Assembly (NCBI GenBank): GCA_964481865.1
Contig: CAYZUG010000003.1
Span: 38,295 to 102,294 of the forward strand
DNA from: an uncultured Thermomonas sp.
Lineage (GTDB): Bacteria; Pseudomonadota; Gammaproteobacteria; Xanthomonadales; Xanthomonadaceae
Direction of reading: 5' to 3'
DNA: 64,000 nucleotides
In this document: positions 29,138 through 37,903 of the stretch, piece after piece
Layout of the letters: each line of letters begins with the position of its first letter
Numbering within the stretch: position 1 is the first letter of the stretch
Notes under the pieces: model-generated
Told to the model about the DNA's origin: nothing
The model's input: the letters and a program-made list of their open reading frames with translations, nothing else
Database searches by the model: none
Position numbers and translations under genes: made by a program

Positions 29138-29923
29138 TTAGTCCATGGCATGAACGCCGGCATCGACATAAATCGTCTGACCCGACATCCCGCTGGCAGC
29201 ATCCATGCACAAGAAAGCACTGAGCTGGGCAATTTCTTCCAGATTCACCAAACGCTTCAATGGTGCTTTCGCTTGTGCGGTTTCCATCAAACTATCGAAA
29301 TGCGCAATCCCCGACGCCGCACGCGTCAGAATCGGGCCAGGTGAAACCGCATGCACGCGGATATTTTTCTCACCCAATTCCATTGCCATATAACGCACCA
29401 CGGATTCCAGTGCGGCCTTTACCGGCCCCATCAGACCGTAATTCGGCACCACTTCACCCGAGCCGAGATAGGTCATGGCCAACATGCTGCCGCCTTCTGG
29501 CATATGTGGTGCGCAGAGCTTGCCCAGTTCCGCGAACGAGTGGCAGGACACGCTGATTGAGCGCGCAAACCCTTCGCGTGAACTATCGACCACGTCCCCA
29601 TGCAGATCATCCAGCGGCGCCCATGCGATGGAGTGAATCACGAAATCCAGTTTTCCAAACTTCTTGACCGCATGTTCAACCGCCGCTTCAAGCTGGCCTT
29701 CGACTTCAACATCGCAGTTCACCAAATCCACTTCAACCGAATCCGTGAGTGGCTGTACGTATTTACGGGCTTTGTCATTCAAACAGGTGGCCACCACGTC
29801 TGCACCCAAAGCGCGGAACAGCTGTGTGCACCCCCAAGCAATCGAGCGATCATTGGCCACACCAAGGATCAAACCTTTCTTACCTTGCATATCAAACATG
29901 GCTGAAGCAGATGCGTGACTCAT
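29138..29923 (-). CDS. fabI: Enoyl-[acyl-carrier-protein] reductase, FabI type
   Basis: It has an SDR fold with GKKGLILGVANDRSIAWG and the Y/K catalytic region typical of FabI. Confidence 0.88.
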   Translation of the reverse strand: MSHASASAMFDMQGKKGLILGVANDRSIAWGCTQLFRALGADVVATCLNDKARKYVQPLTDSVEVDLVNCDVEVEGQLEAAVEHAVKKFGKLDFVIHSIAWAPLDDLHGDVVDSSREGFARSISVSCHSFAELGKLCAPHMPEGGSMLAMTYLGSGEVVPNYGLMGPVKAALESVVRYMAMELGEKNIRVHAVSPGPILTRAASGIAHFDSLMETAQAKAPLKRLVNLEEIAQLSAFLCMDAASGMSGQTIYVDAGVHAMD

Positions 29924-30253
29924 GATTCACTAGACTCCTGACAAAATTATTTGCCGCAATTTTACTGCACTGCAGCAAAATGAAAATGAACATAGGCTGC
30001 CTTTTCCTGCCTATCCATGATGTTTGGCAAGATTCATCGGCAACCTGTCGGGTGGATTTCTTGTAACGTCTTGTATTGTAACCTGTTTTTGAATAGTTAG
30101 AAAATTAGCCGAAGGATCGGAATACCACTGCTGTCCCTGCAATCCAGATATCACCTATGCTGTTTTCCATGATTTTCATGGACAATGTGCCTCACTTCCC
30201 TCTCAGTCGATCCGTGAATTGAAGATCGACAACGCCATGACCACGGTGAATTC

Positions 30254-30475
30254 ATGAGTAAACGCGACTTGCATTCCGAGCTGCATAAGCTTGTGGCACG
30301 CATTGATTTACTTGCCGCCCGCATGCAGCGCCTGCAAGAAGAAAACCGCAGTTTGCGCCAACAGATGGAGCAAATGGGCGGAGAACGCTCACAGCTGATT
30401 GCCAAGCAAGATCAAGCACGCAGCCGCGTTGAAGCCATGATCGCCCGCCTGAAATCTCTGGAGCAACATACATGA
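30254..30475 (+). CDS. Small coiled-coil protein (TIGR02449 / ZapB-like) upstream of zapA
   Basis: This 73-aa heptad-rich sequence (LQEENRSLRQQMEQM) overlaps the zapA start as ATGA. Confidence 0.6.
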   Translation: MSKRDLHSELHKLVARIDLLAARMQRLQEENRSLRQQMEQMGGERSQLIAKQDQARSRVEAMIARLKSLEQHT

Positions 30476-30762
30476 GCGAGCCAGTTACCGTACGCATTCT
30501 GGAGCGTGAATACACCATTGGCGCAACCGATGAAGAACGCGACAGCCTGATTTCAGCTGCACGACTTTTGGATTCCCGCATGCGCGAATTACGCGGCAAT
30601 AACAAAATGACGCCGATTGATCGCCTTGCCGTGCTTTCTGCACTGAACTTTGCCCACGAACTGCAGCAGCAAAAGACGCAATCGGTCGTGGGCAATGCAC
30701 CCGCAAGTGCCTTTGCCTTGGTTGATGAAGCCAATCACAAACTGGATGCACTTCTTATCTAA
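30472..30762 (+). CDS. zapA: Cell division protein ZapA
   Basis: The ZapA sequence is present (VRILEREYTIGATDEERDSLISAARLLD). It lies immediately upstream of the 6S RNA. Confidence 0.85.
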   Translation: MSEPVTVRILEREYTIGATDEERDSLISAARLLDSRMRELRGNNKMTPIDRLAVLSALNFAHELQQQKTQSVVGNAPASAFALVDEANHKLDALLI

Positions 30763-30778
30763 TCTTGGCTGCGCAGGC

Positions 30779-30784
30779 TATAAT
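30779..30784 (+). promoter_or_regulatory. Consensus -10 box (TATAAT) for ssrS
   Basis: A perfect TATAAT lies about 7 nt upstream of the predicted 6S RNA 5' end. I found no convincing -35. Confidence 0.45.
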
Positions 30785-30790
30785 TTGTAC

Positions 30791-30975
30791 GTCCTCTGCT
30801 GTGAGCGACAGCATGCGCAACATTTGCCTTGTCCCTTAATGACGACCACGGGGGCGCAATGACAGCCGGGAGTGCATGTCCGCCCTGTGCGGAAAGCCCG
30901 ATGGCCGCCAAGCGTTCCCACTTGAACCCCGGGTTCAAGGTCGTTTCGTATGCATCGCCACAGCGGAGACATCCC
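30791..30975 (+). ncRNA. ssrS: 6S RNA
   Basis: It occupies the conserved zapA-ssrS-ygfA position and is about 185 nt long. The 5' CTGCTGTGAGCGA pairs with the 3' TCGCCACAGCGGAG to close the stem. CACTTGAACCCCGGGTTCAAGG resembles the E. coli 6S 3'-half hairpin. Confidence 0.8.
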
Positions 30976-31591
30976 TTTCGCCACCCGAGCCTATCGCGTG
31001 AATCAGCCCCATGATCGCGCCGCATTGCGGACATCATTGCGTGAACGTCGGCGCCAGCTCCCTGCTGCAACACGTATCGCCGCAGCAGAAGCGTTGGCAA
31101 AGCGCGTGCTGGCTTTACCATGTCTGCCTACAACCGGTTATCTTGCCGGTTATTGGGCAATGGATGGCGAAATTGGGCTGCATGCATTGCAACTGCAACT
31201 TCCCGCATCACTGATTTACTGCCTGCCACTTCTGCACAATGACCGCACACTGCGCTTCGCCCCTTGGCGTGCAGGCGACCCATTGGTCACTAATCGCTAT
31301 GGCATTCCCGAACCTGATATCAGCCCTGACAGCGCCCTGAAGGCTGAGGACATGGCGGCCATCGTGCTGCCACTGGTGGGCTTTGATGCGCGCTGCCAGC
31401 GTTTGGGTATGGGCGGTGGTTGGTATGACCGTACCCTAGCCTTTCGCCAAGCACAGCGTCATTCCCCTGTTTTCATTGGCGCGGGGTTTTCTGTGCAAGA
31501 AGTTCCACACTTACACAATGCGGCCTGGGATGTCCCGCTGGATGCCATATGCAGCGAACAAGCGACTTATTTTGCCGAGGTGTCTGAATGA
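30950..31591 (+). CDS. ygfA: 5-formyltetrahydrofolate cyclo-ligase
   Basis: The sequence LRERRRQL...GFDARCQRLGMGGGWYDRTL is typical of 5-FCL. The tracked ATG 30950 overlaps the 6S RNA 3' end, so the true start may be GTG 30998 or TTG 31025. Confidence 0.82.
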   Translation: MHRHSGDIPFATRAYRVNQPHDRAALRTSLRERRRQLPAATRIAAAEALAKRVLALPCLPTTGYLAGYWAMDGEIGLHALQLQLPASLIYCLPLLHNDRTLRFAPWRAGDPLVTNRYGIPEPDISPDSALKAEDMAAIVLPLVGFDARCQRLGMGGGWYDRTLAFRQAQRHSPVFIGAGFSVQEVPHLHNAAWDVPLDAICSEQATYFAEVSE

Positions 31592-32058
31592 ATACGCGTA
31601 AACGCTATTGGATGATGAAGTCCGAACCCGATGCATTTTCGATTGATGACCTGCAGCGTGTTGGCAGCGAACCATGGAACGGTGTGCGCAATTACCAGGC
31701 ACGCAATTTCATGCGCGACGGCATGCAGGTGGGCGACGGCGTGATGTTTTATCACTCCAACTGTAAGACACCCGGCATTGTTGGCTTGGCGGCAGTGGCC
31801 AGCCACGCCTACCCTGACGACACCCAATTCGACCCCGATTCGTATTATTACGACCCCAAAGCCACCCGTGAAACGCCGCGTTGGTTTTTGGTCGATATTG
31901 CCTTTGAACGCAAACTGCAACGCATCATCAGCTTGCATGAAATCCGCACGCATAGCGACGCGCTCGGAGAAGGCTTCCCACTGACCGCGCGCGGCAGCCG
32001 GCTTTCTGTATTCCCAGTGACCGCCGCGCAATGGCAACTGCTTCTTTCATTGGAATAA
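31588..32058 (+). CDS. EVE (PUA-like) domain protein
   Basis: The sequence [18 protein letters not shown]...[14 protein letters not shown]...FYHS is typical of EVE/thymocyte nuclear protein-like domains. It overlaps the ygfA stop as ATGA. Confidence 0.8.
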   Translation: MNTRKRYWMMKSEPDAFSIDDLQRVGSEPWNGVRNYQARNFMRDGMQVGDGVMFYHSNCKTPGIVGLAAVASHAYPDDTQFDPDSYYYDPKATRETPRWFLVDIAFERKLQRIISLHEIRTHSDALGEGFPLTARGSRLSVFPVTAAQWQLLLSLE

Positions 32059-32062
32059 CAAC

Positions 32063-32710
32063 ATGAGTGAACTGAAAAAACAGGCCGCCGAGAAGGCCAT
32101 CGACTACCTCGAAGACGGCATGATTGTCGGGGTTGGCACTGGCTCCACGGTGGCTTATTTCATTGACGCACTTGCCGCATGGAAAGACCGCATCAAAGGT
32201 GCGGTTTCCAGCTCCGAACAAAGCACAGCCCGTTTATTGGCACATGGCATCGAAGTCATTGACCTGAATGCCGCCGGCACGCTTGCACTTTATGTAGATG
32301 GTGCCGATGAATGCGATGCCAACAAATGCCTGATCAAAGGTGGCGGAGCTGCCCTCACCCGCGAAAAAATCATCGCGGAAGCCAGCGCCCGCTTTATCTG
32401 CATTGTGGATCCGTCCAAACAAGTAGATGTGCTTGGCAAGTTCCCGCTTCCCATTGAAGTGATCCCCATGGCACGCAGTCTTGTGGCGCGTGAAATCCTG
32501 AAAATCACCGGCGGCGACCCCGTCTGGCGGGATGGCGTCATCACCGATAATGGCAATGTCATTCTGGATGTGTACAACCTGCACATCACCGACCCGGTAG
32601 CCATGGAGCGCACGCTTAACCAGATTCCTGGCGTGGTCAGTGTCGGTTTGTTTGCGCGCCGTCCCGCCGATGTTGTGATTATCGGCGGTGAGCCACCTAA
32701 GGTGCTTTAA
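32063..32710 (+). CDS. rpiA: Ribose-5-phosphate isomerase A
   Basis: The RpiA sequence is present ([15 protein letters not shown]...[11 protein letters not shown]). Confidence 0.95.
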   Translation: MSELKKQAAEKAIDYLEDGMIVGVGTGSTVAYFIDALAAWKDRIKGAVSSSEQSTARLLAHGIEVIDLNAAGTLALYVDGADECDANKCLIKGGGAALTREKIIAEASARFICIVDPSKQVDVLGKFPLPIEVIPMARSLVAREILKITGGDPVWRDGVITDNGNVILDVYNLHITDPVAMERTLNQIPGVVSVGLFARRPADVVIIGGEPPKVL

Positions 32711-32727
32711 GCACTGCCCTCATCCGG

Positions 32728-34563
32728 TTACTTCAGCATCTCCAGATTTCGCACCGCCCCCTTGTCGGCGCTGGTTGCCAGCAGTGCATAGGCTTTCAAT
32801 GCACTGCTGACTTTGCGGGCACGCGGCATCGCTGGCTTGAACCCTTGCGCCTGCTGGATGCTGCGTCGCTCTGCAAGCGTCGCTTCGTCCACCAGCAACG
32901 CAATATTGCGCGCCGGAATATCAATACGAATCCTGTCACCCGTCTGCACCAGAGCAATCGTGCCACCGGATGCGGCTTCCGGCGAAGCATGACCAATCGA
33001 CAACCCAGACGTGCCGCCCGAGAAACGCCCATCGGTTAACAAAGCGCAGGCTTTGCCCAACCCTTTGGATTTCAAATAACTGGTTGGATACAGCATTTCC
33101 TGCATCCCAGGCCCTCCCTTCGGGCCTTCGTAGCGAATCACCACCACATCACCCGCTTGCACCTCATTGCCCAAGATGCCTGCCACTGCAGCATCCTGAC
33201 TTTCGTAAACGCGGGCATGCCCTTCAAACACATGGATAGACTCATCCACACCGGCTGTTTTCACAACGCAGCCATCTTCCGCAAGGTTGCCATACAGCAC
33301 AGCCAAGCCACCTTCCTGTGAATACGCTTCCGCCACACTGCGAATACAACCTGCCTGCCGATCCATGTCCAATGTCGGCCAACGGGTCGCTTGGCTAAAT
33401 GCCTGCTGGGTTGGAATTCCGGCAGGACCTGCCTTGAAGAATTGGTGAATATCGGCATCTTGGGTTTGCGTGATATCCCATGCCGCAATCGCATCCCCCA
33501 TTGTTTTGCTGTGTACCGTGGGCACATCGGTATGCAGCAGTCCACCGCGTGCCAGCTCACCTAAAATCGCCATAATGCCGCCAGCACGATGCACATCTTC
33601 AACATGATAAAGCTGTGAATTCGGCGCCACCTTGCACAACTGCGGCACCTTGCGTGACAAACGGTCGATGTCGCGCAGATCAAATGCCACACCGGCTTCT
33701 TGCGCCGCCGCCAGCAAATGCAGAATGGTATTGGTAGAACCACCCATCGCAATATCCAACATCATCGCGTTTTCAAATGCTTCGAAACTGGCAATACCGC
33801 GTGGTAGTGCATTGGCATCTTCTGACCCATACCAGCGATGCGCCAACACCATGATGTGCCGGCCAGCCCGCTTGAACAGCGCTTCACGGTCGGCATGCGT
33901 CGCCAACAACGTGCCATTTCCTGGCAAAGACAAGCCCAGCGCTTCCGTCAGGCAGTTCATCGAATTGGCGGTAAACATGCCGCTACACGACCCACACGTG
34001 GGACATGCGCTGCGCTCAATGCCCGCCACCTGCTCATCGGAAACACTGTCATCCCCGGCTGCCACCATGGCATCAATCAGATCCAGCTTGTGCTCGGCCA
34101 ACCGGGTTTTTCCTGCCTCCATGGGGCCACCCGATACAAAGATGGTGGGAATATTCAGCCGCAAGGCCGCCATCAACATCCCCGGGGTAATTTTGTCGCA
34201 ATTGGAAATACACACCAACGCATCGGCGCAGTGGGCATTGACCATGTACTCCACCGAATCGGCAATGATTTCGCGCGATGGCAGGGAATACAGCATGCCG
34301 TCATGCCCCATGGCGATGCCATCATCCACGGCAATCGTGTTGAATTCTTTGGCAACACCGCCTGCCATTTCGATTTCACGTGCAACCAACTGCCCCATGT
34401 CTTTCAGGTGTACATGCCCAGGCACGAACTGCGTAAAGCTGTTGGCGATAGCAATAATCGGCTTGTTGAAGTCGTCATCCTTCATCCCGGTGGCGCGCCA
34501 CAATGCACGCGCACCCGCCATGTTGCGACCATGAGTTGATGTTTTTGAGCGATAGTCAGGCAT
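32728..34563 (-). CDS. ilvD: Dihydroxy-acid dehydratase
   Basis: The protein is 611 aa with a canonical IlvD N-terminus ([23 protein letters not shown]). Confidence 0.95.
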   Translation of the reverse strand: MPDYRSKTSTHGRNMAGARALWRATGMKDDDFNKPIIAIANSFTQFVPGHVHLKDMGQLVAREIEMAGGVAKEFNTIAVDDGIAMGHDGMLYSLPSREIIADSVEYMVNAHCADALVCISNCDKITPGMLMAALRLNIPTIFVSGGPMEAGKTRLAEHKLDLIDAMVAAGDDSVSDEQVAGIERSACPTCGSCSGMFTANSMNCLTEALGLSLPGNGTLLATHADREALFKRAGRHIMVLAHRWYGSEDANALPRGIASFEAFENAMMLDIAMGGSTNTILHLLAAAQEAGVAFDLRDIDRLSRKVPQLCKVAPNSQLYHVEDVHRAGGIMAILGELARGGLLHTDVPTVHSKTMGDAIAAWDITQTQDADIHQFFKAGPAGIPTQQAFSQATRWPTLDMDRQAGCIRSVAEAYSQEGGLAVLYGNLAEDGCVVKTAGVDESIHVFEGHARVYESQDAAVAGILGNEVQAGDVVVIRYEGPKGGPGMQEMLYPTSYLKSKGLGKACALLTDGRFSGGTSGLSIGHASPEAASGGTIALVQTGDRIRIDIPARNIALLVDEATLAERRSIQQAQGFKPAMPRARKVSSALKAYALLATSADKGAVRNLEMLK

Positions 34564-34705
34564 CGAAAAAATCCGTTAAAGATGGAGACATGAAGAGCGC
34601 TGATTCTGCGATGTTTTTGCAGTTTCAACTGCAACTTTTTGCACTGCACAACGCCGTTGAAATTTCTTGTTGACAAACACAAGTAAAGCATGTTTATCTA
34701 AAACA

Positions 34706-34816
34706 ATGTTGCAGCGCCACATACCACCAACGGACACATTGACCGCCACTGCGGCGTCCATTCTTGTGCTCGTACTCATTACCTCGCCAACAGGTGCGGG
34801 ACGAGACGGCGTGTAA
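34706..34816 (+). CDS. Candidate ilv leader peptide (36 aa, MLQRHIPPTDTLTATAASILVLVLITSPTGAGRDGV)
   Basis: This untracked small ORF has seven consecutive Ile/Leu/Val codons at 34760-34780. It lies directly upstream of an intrinsic terminator and ilvC. Confidence 0.55.
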   Translation: MLQRHIPPTDTLTATAASILVLVLITSPTGAGRDGV

Positions 34817-34838
34817 GCAAAAAAAGCAGCCGAATCTG

Positions 34839-34873
34839 AAAACCCCGCCCCGAAAGGTGCGGGGTTTTTTGTT
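34839..34873 (+). terminator. Intrinsic terminator acting as the ilv attenuator
   Basis: CCCCGC (34843-34848) pairs with GCGGGG (34859-34864), followed by TTTTTTGTT. It is 45 nt upstream of the ilvC ATG. The 3'-arm sequence AGGTGCGGG is repeated at 34792-34800, giving a candidate antiterminator. Confidence 0.75.
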
Positions 34874-34917
34874 ACCACCCTTTCAACTTTTCATTTTTAT
34901 CATCAGGAACGTCAAAC

Positions 34918-35910
34918 ATGAGCAACAGCAAGCCCCGCATCACCATCATCGGTTACGGCAGCCAAGGCCGCGCCCACGCCCTCAATCTGCGCGACTCCGG
35001 TTTCGATGTCACCATTGGTCTGCGCCCGGGCGGTCCCACCGAAATTAAGGCCAAAGCTGATGGCTTCCAGCCCAAAGCACCTGCTGAAGCTGTCAAAGGC
35101 GCAGAAATCGTGGCCATTTTGACACCCGATATGGTGCAGCCGCAGCTGTACTCGGAAGTCATCGAACCCAATATGGATCAAGGCGCCTGCCTGTTGTTTG
35201 CGCACGGTTTCAATGTGCACTATGGACAAATCAGCCCACGCGCCGATCTCGACGTTGTGCTGGTTGCCCCCAAAGGCCCAGGCGCACTGGTGCGTCGTGA
35301 ATATGAAATCGGCCGTGGCGTCCCTTCGGTCTATGCCGTTTACCAAGACAAAAGCGGTCAGGCCGAGCAATTTGCATTGACCTATTGCGCAGGTATTGGC
35401 GGCGCCCGTCAAAACGCCATCAAGACCACCTTCAAGGAAGAAACCGAAACCGATCTGTTCGGCGAACAAGCCGTGCTGTGTGGTGGCGCAACCAAGCTGG
35501 TGCAAGCCGGCTGGGAAACCTTGGTGGAAGCGGGTTATCAACCGGAAGTGGCTTATTACGAATGCCTGCATGAGCTGAAGCTGATCGTTGACCTGTTCTA
35601 TGAAGGCGGCATCACCCGCATGCACGAATTCATCAGTGAAACCGCGCAGTACGGTGCGCTGACCCGTGGCGATTATGTGGTTGATGCCAATACCCGCGCC
35701 CAGATGAAGAAAGTGCTGACCGAAATTCAGGATGGCACCTTCGCCCGTCAGTGGATTGCGGAATATGCCGCAGGCAATGCCAACTACAAGGCGATGAAGC
35801 AGGCCGATCTGGACCACCCCATCGAAGTGGTCGGCAAGAAGCTGCGTGCCAACATGAAGTGGTTGGATAACGCCGCAAGCAACGCCAGCAAGACAGACGA
35901 GGCCGCGTAA
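34918..35910 (+). CDS. ilvC: Ketol-acid reductoisomerase (class I)
   Basis: The protein is 330 aa with the IlvC sequence ([18 protein letters not shown]). Confidence 0.95.
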   Translation: MSNSKPRITIIGYGSQGRAHALNLRDSGFDVTIGLRPGGPTEIKAKADGFQPKAPAEAVKGAEIVAILTPDMVQPQLYSEVIEPNMDQGACLLFAHGFNVHYGQISPRADLDVVLVAPKGPGALVRREYEIGRGVPSVYAVYQDKSGQAEQFALTYCAGIGGARQNAIKTTFKEETETDLFGEQAVLCGGATKLVQAGWETLVEAGYQPEVAYYECLHELKLIVDLFYEGGITRMHEFISETAQYGALTRGDYVVDANTRAQMKKVLTEIQDGTFARQWIAEYAAGNANYKAMKQADLDHPIEVVGKKLRANMKWLDNAASNASKTDEAA

Positions 35911-37652
35911 TGAACGGCTCCCGCTGGCTTGCACAAGCACTTGTTGCCGAAGGCGTGGAAACGCTGTTTGGCTATCCGGGCGGCGCCATCATGCCGTTCT
36001 ACGATGCCCTGCACAGCACTCCACAGCTCAAGCATGTCCTGCCACGCCACGAACAAGGCGCGGCATTTGCAGCAAACGGTTATGCGCGAGCCAGCGGGCG
36101 CGTTGGTGTATGCGTGGCCACCTCTGGCCCTGGCGCATCCAATCTGGTCACTGGCATTGCTGACGCGATGCTGGACTCCGTTCCCATGGTGGTGCTGACC
36201 GGGCAAGTCCCCACCACACTCATGGGCACCGATGCCTTTCAGGAATTGGATGTGTTCGGCATGACGATGCCGATGGTCAAACACAACTTTATTGTGCGTC
36301 ATGTGGATGATTTGCCGCATATCGTGTCGGAAGCGTTCCGTCTGGCACGCAGTGGGCGCCCAGGCCCTGTACTGGTTGATCTGCCCAAAGATGTACAACT
36401 GGCAGATGCAACACACCTGCCCGCACACGTCAGTGCAGGAATTGATACCCCTATCCAGCCGAAAGACGCATCCCTGCATGAAGCACTGGCCTTGATGGCC
36501 CAAGCCAAACGCCCCGTGATTTATGGCGGCGGCGGTATTTGCCTTGCCGATGCCATCCCCGCATTCCGCACCTTTGTGGATGCTACGCAAATCCCAACCG
36601 TACTCACACTGAAAGGCTTGGGTGCATTGCCTACCCAGCATGCGCTCAATCTGGGCATGCTGGGAATGCATGGCAGCCGCGCCGCCAATCTGGCAGTACA
36701 GGAATCTGATTTGCTGATTGTTGTAGGTGCGCGTTTCGATGACCGCGCCACTGGCAAGCTAGCCGAGTTTGCTCCGAATGCCAGGGTGGTGCATCTGGAT
36801 ATTGACGCCTGTGAAATCGGCAAACTGCGCCATGCTGATGCCGGTGTCTGCGGTGATATCGTCACCACGCTGACCAAACTCACCCTGCCCTGTGCCGCGC
36901 ACCTGCACGGCCGCCACGGTGCCGCACGCAAAGCATGGCGTAGCCAGTGCAAACAACGCGCACAACAATTCGCTGCCCGTTATGACGCACCCGGCACAGG
37001 CATTTATGCCCCCGCCTTGCTCAAGCGTTTGTCCGAGCTGGCACCGGATGCCACCGTAGTATGCGATGTGGGTCAACATCAAATGTGGGTGGCACAACAT
37101 TGGCGCATGCAGCATCCACGTCAGCACCTGACATCCGGCGCACTGGGTGCGATGGGCTTTGGCTTGCCAGCCGCGATGGGCGCACAAGAGTCCAACCCTT
37201 CCGGCAGGGTGATCTGCGTCAGTGGTGATGGCTCGATCATGATGAATATCCAAGAACTTGCCACTATCAGGCGCTACAAACTGCCGGTAAAGATCGTGCT
37301 GCTTGATAACCAAGCACTGGGCATGGTGCGCCAATGGCAGGAATTGTTTTTCGACAAGCGTTATTCGGAAATCGACCTTTCCGACAACCCCGACTTCACC
37401 GCCGTTGCCGCAGCATTTGGCATCAAAGCTTTGCATGCGGAAAACGCAAGCGATATGGATGCTGCCCTGCAAGCACTTCTGGACGCGGATGGCCCAGCAC
37501 TGCTGCATGTCGCCATCGACACTGCCACCAATGTCTGGCCATTGGTTCCCCCCAACCGCAACAATGCCGAAATGCTGGACCCAGCATTAGAGGCAGCTAC
37601 TACAGCCGTTGCCCATGCACCTGCCGAGGTTTCACATGCGCTACCAGCTTGA
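35910..37652 (+). CDS. ilvG: Acetolactate synthase large (catalytic) subunit
   Basis: It has ThDP-enzyme architecture with GDGSIMMNIQELAT. Its start overlaps the ilvC stop. Confidence 0.9.
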   Translation: MNGSRWLAQALVAEGVETLFGYPGGAIMPFYDALHSTPQLKHVLPRHEQGAAFAANGYARASGRVGVCVATSGPGASNLVTGIADAMLDSVPMVVLTGQVPTTLMGTDAFQELDVFGMTMPMVKHNFIVRHVDDLPHIVSEAFRLARSGRPGPVLVDLPKDVQLADATHLPAHVSAGIDTPIQPKDASLHEALALMAQAKRPVIYGGGGICLADAIPAFRTFVDATQIPTVLTLKGLGALPTQHALNLGMLGMHGSRAANLAVQESDLLIVVGARFDDRATGKLAEFAPNARVVHLDIDACEIGKLRHADAGVCGDIVTTLTKLTLPCAAHLHGRHGAARKAWRSQCKQRAQQFAARYDAPGTGIYAPALLKRLSELAPDATVVCDVGQHQMWVAQHWRMQHPRQHLTSGALGAMGFGLPAAMGAQESNPSGRVICVSGDGSIMMNIQELATIRRYKLPVKIVLLDNQALGMVRQWQELFFDKRYSEIDLSDNPDFTAVAAAFGIKALHAENASDMDAALQALLDADGPALLHVAIDTATNVWPLVPPNRNNAEMLDPALEAATTAVAHAPAEVSHALPA

Positions 37653-37872
37653 CCTGACTCTACGCCGTGCTGAAGGTGCGATTGTGCGTGTTCTTGGCAC
37701 CGCAGAACGCCGCGGCTTTCAGCCGGTTGTCGTCAATGGCGACACACATGGTGATGACAACCAATGGCGCCTGCATCTGACGGTGGAAGGCGAGCGCGAA
37801 GTCGAAGGCTTGGCATTACAGCTCAGCAAACTCTACGACTGTCTTGCCGTTGAGGTGCAAGCATGCGCCTGA
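37636..37872 (+). CDS. ilvM: Acetolactate synthase small subunit, IlvM-like
   Basis: This ~78-aa ACT-like protein (RAEGAIVRVLGTAERRGF) starts at ATG 37636, overlapping the ilvG end by 17 nt. Confidence 0.7.
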   Translation: MRYQLDLTLRRAEGAIVRVLGTAERRGFQPVVVNGDTHGDDNQWRLHLTVEGEREVEGLALQLSKLYDCLAVEVQACA

Positions 37873-37903
37873 TCTGCGGCTGGCTCCCTGAGGCGACAGA
37901 CTA

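Noticed and set aside
29980-30066. A 28-aa ORF (MKMNIGCLFLPIHDVWQDSSATCRVDFL) lies in the fabI / zapA-operon intergenic region.
   Set aside because: It has no SD sequence, no compositional or motif support, and no follow-on structure such as an attenuator. It is most likely chance.
30061-30083. TTGTA(A/T) direct repeats were considered as a possible Pho box upstream of fabI-pta-ackA.
   Set aside because: The spacing (10 and 6 nt) and the sequence do not match the CTGTCAT-N4-CTGTCAT consensus well enough. I kept it only as part of the general note on the intergenic region.
34912-35940. A 342-aa ORF lies antisense to ilvC. Similar long antisense ORFs occur at 35784-36671, 36759-37508, 33632-34534, 16338-17237, 8570-9547, 23402-24178, 24854-25606, 42135-42770 and 48093-48812.
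   Set aside because: Each lies fully inside a well-supported gene on the other strand. Their translations are low-complexity and rich in R, H, Q, C and G, with no recognisable motifs. These are typical shadow ORFs of moderately GC-rich coding DNA.
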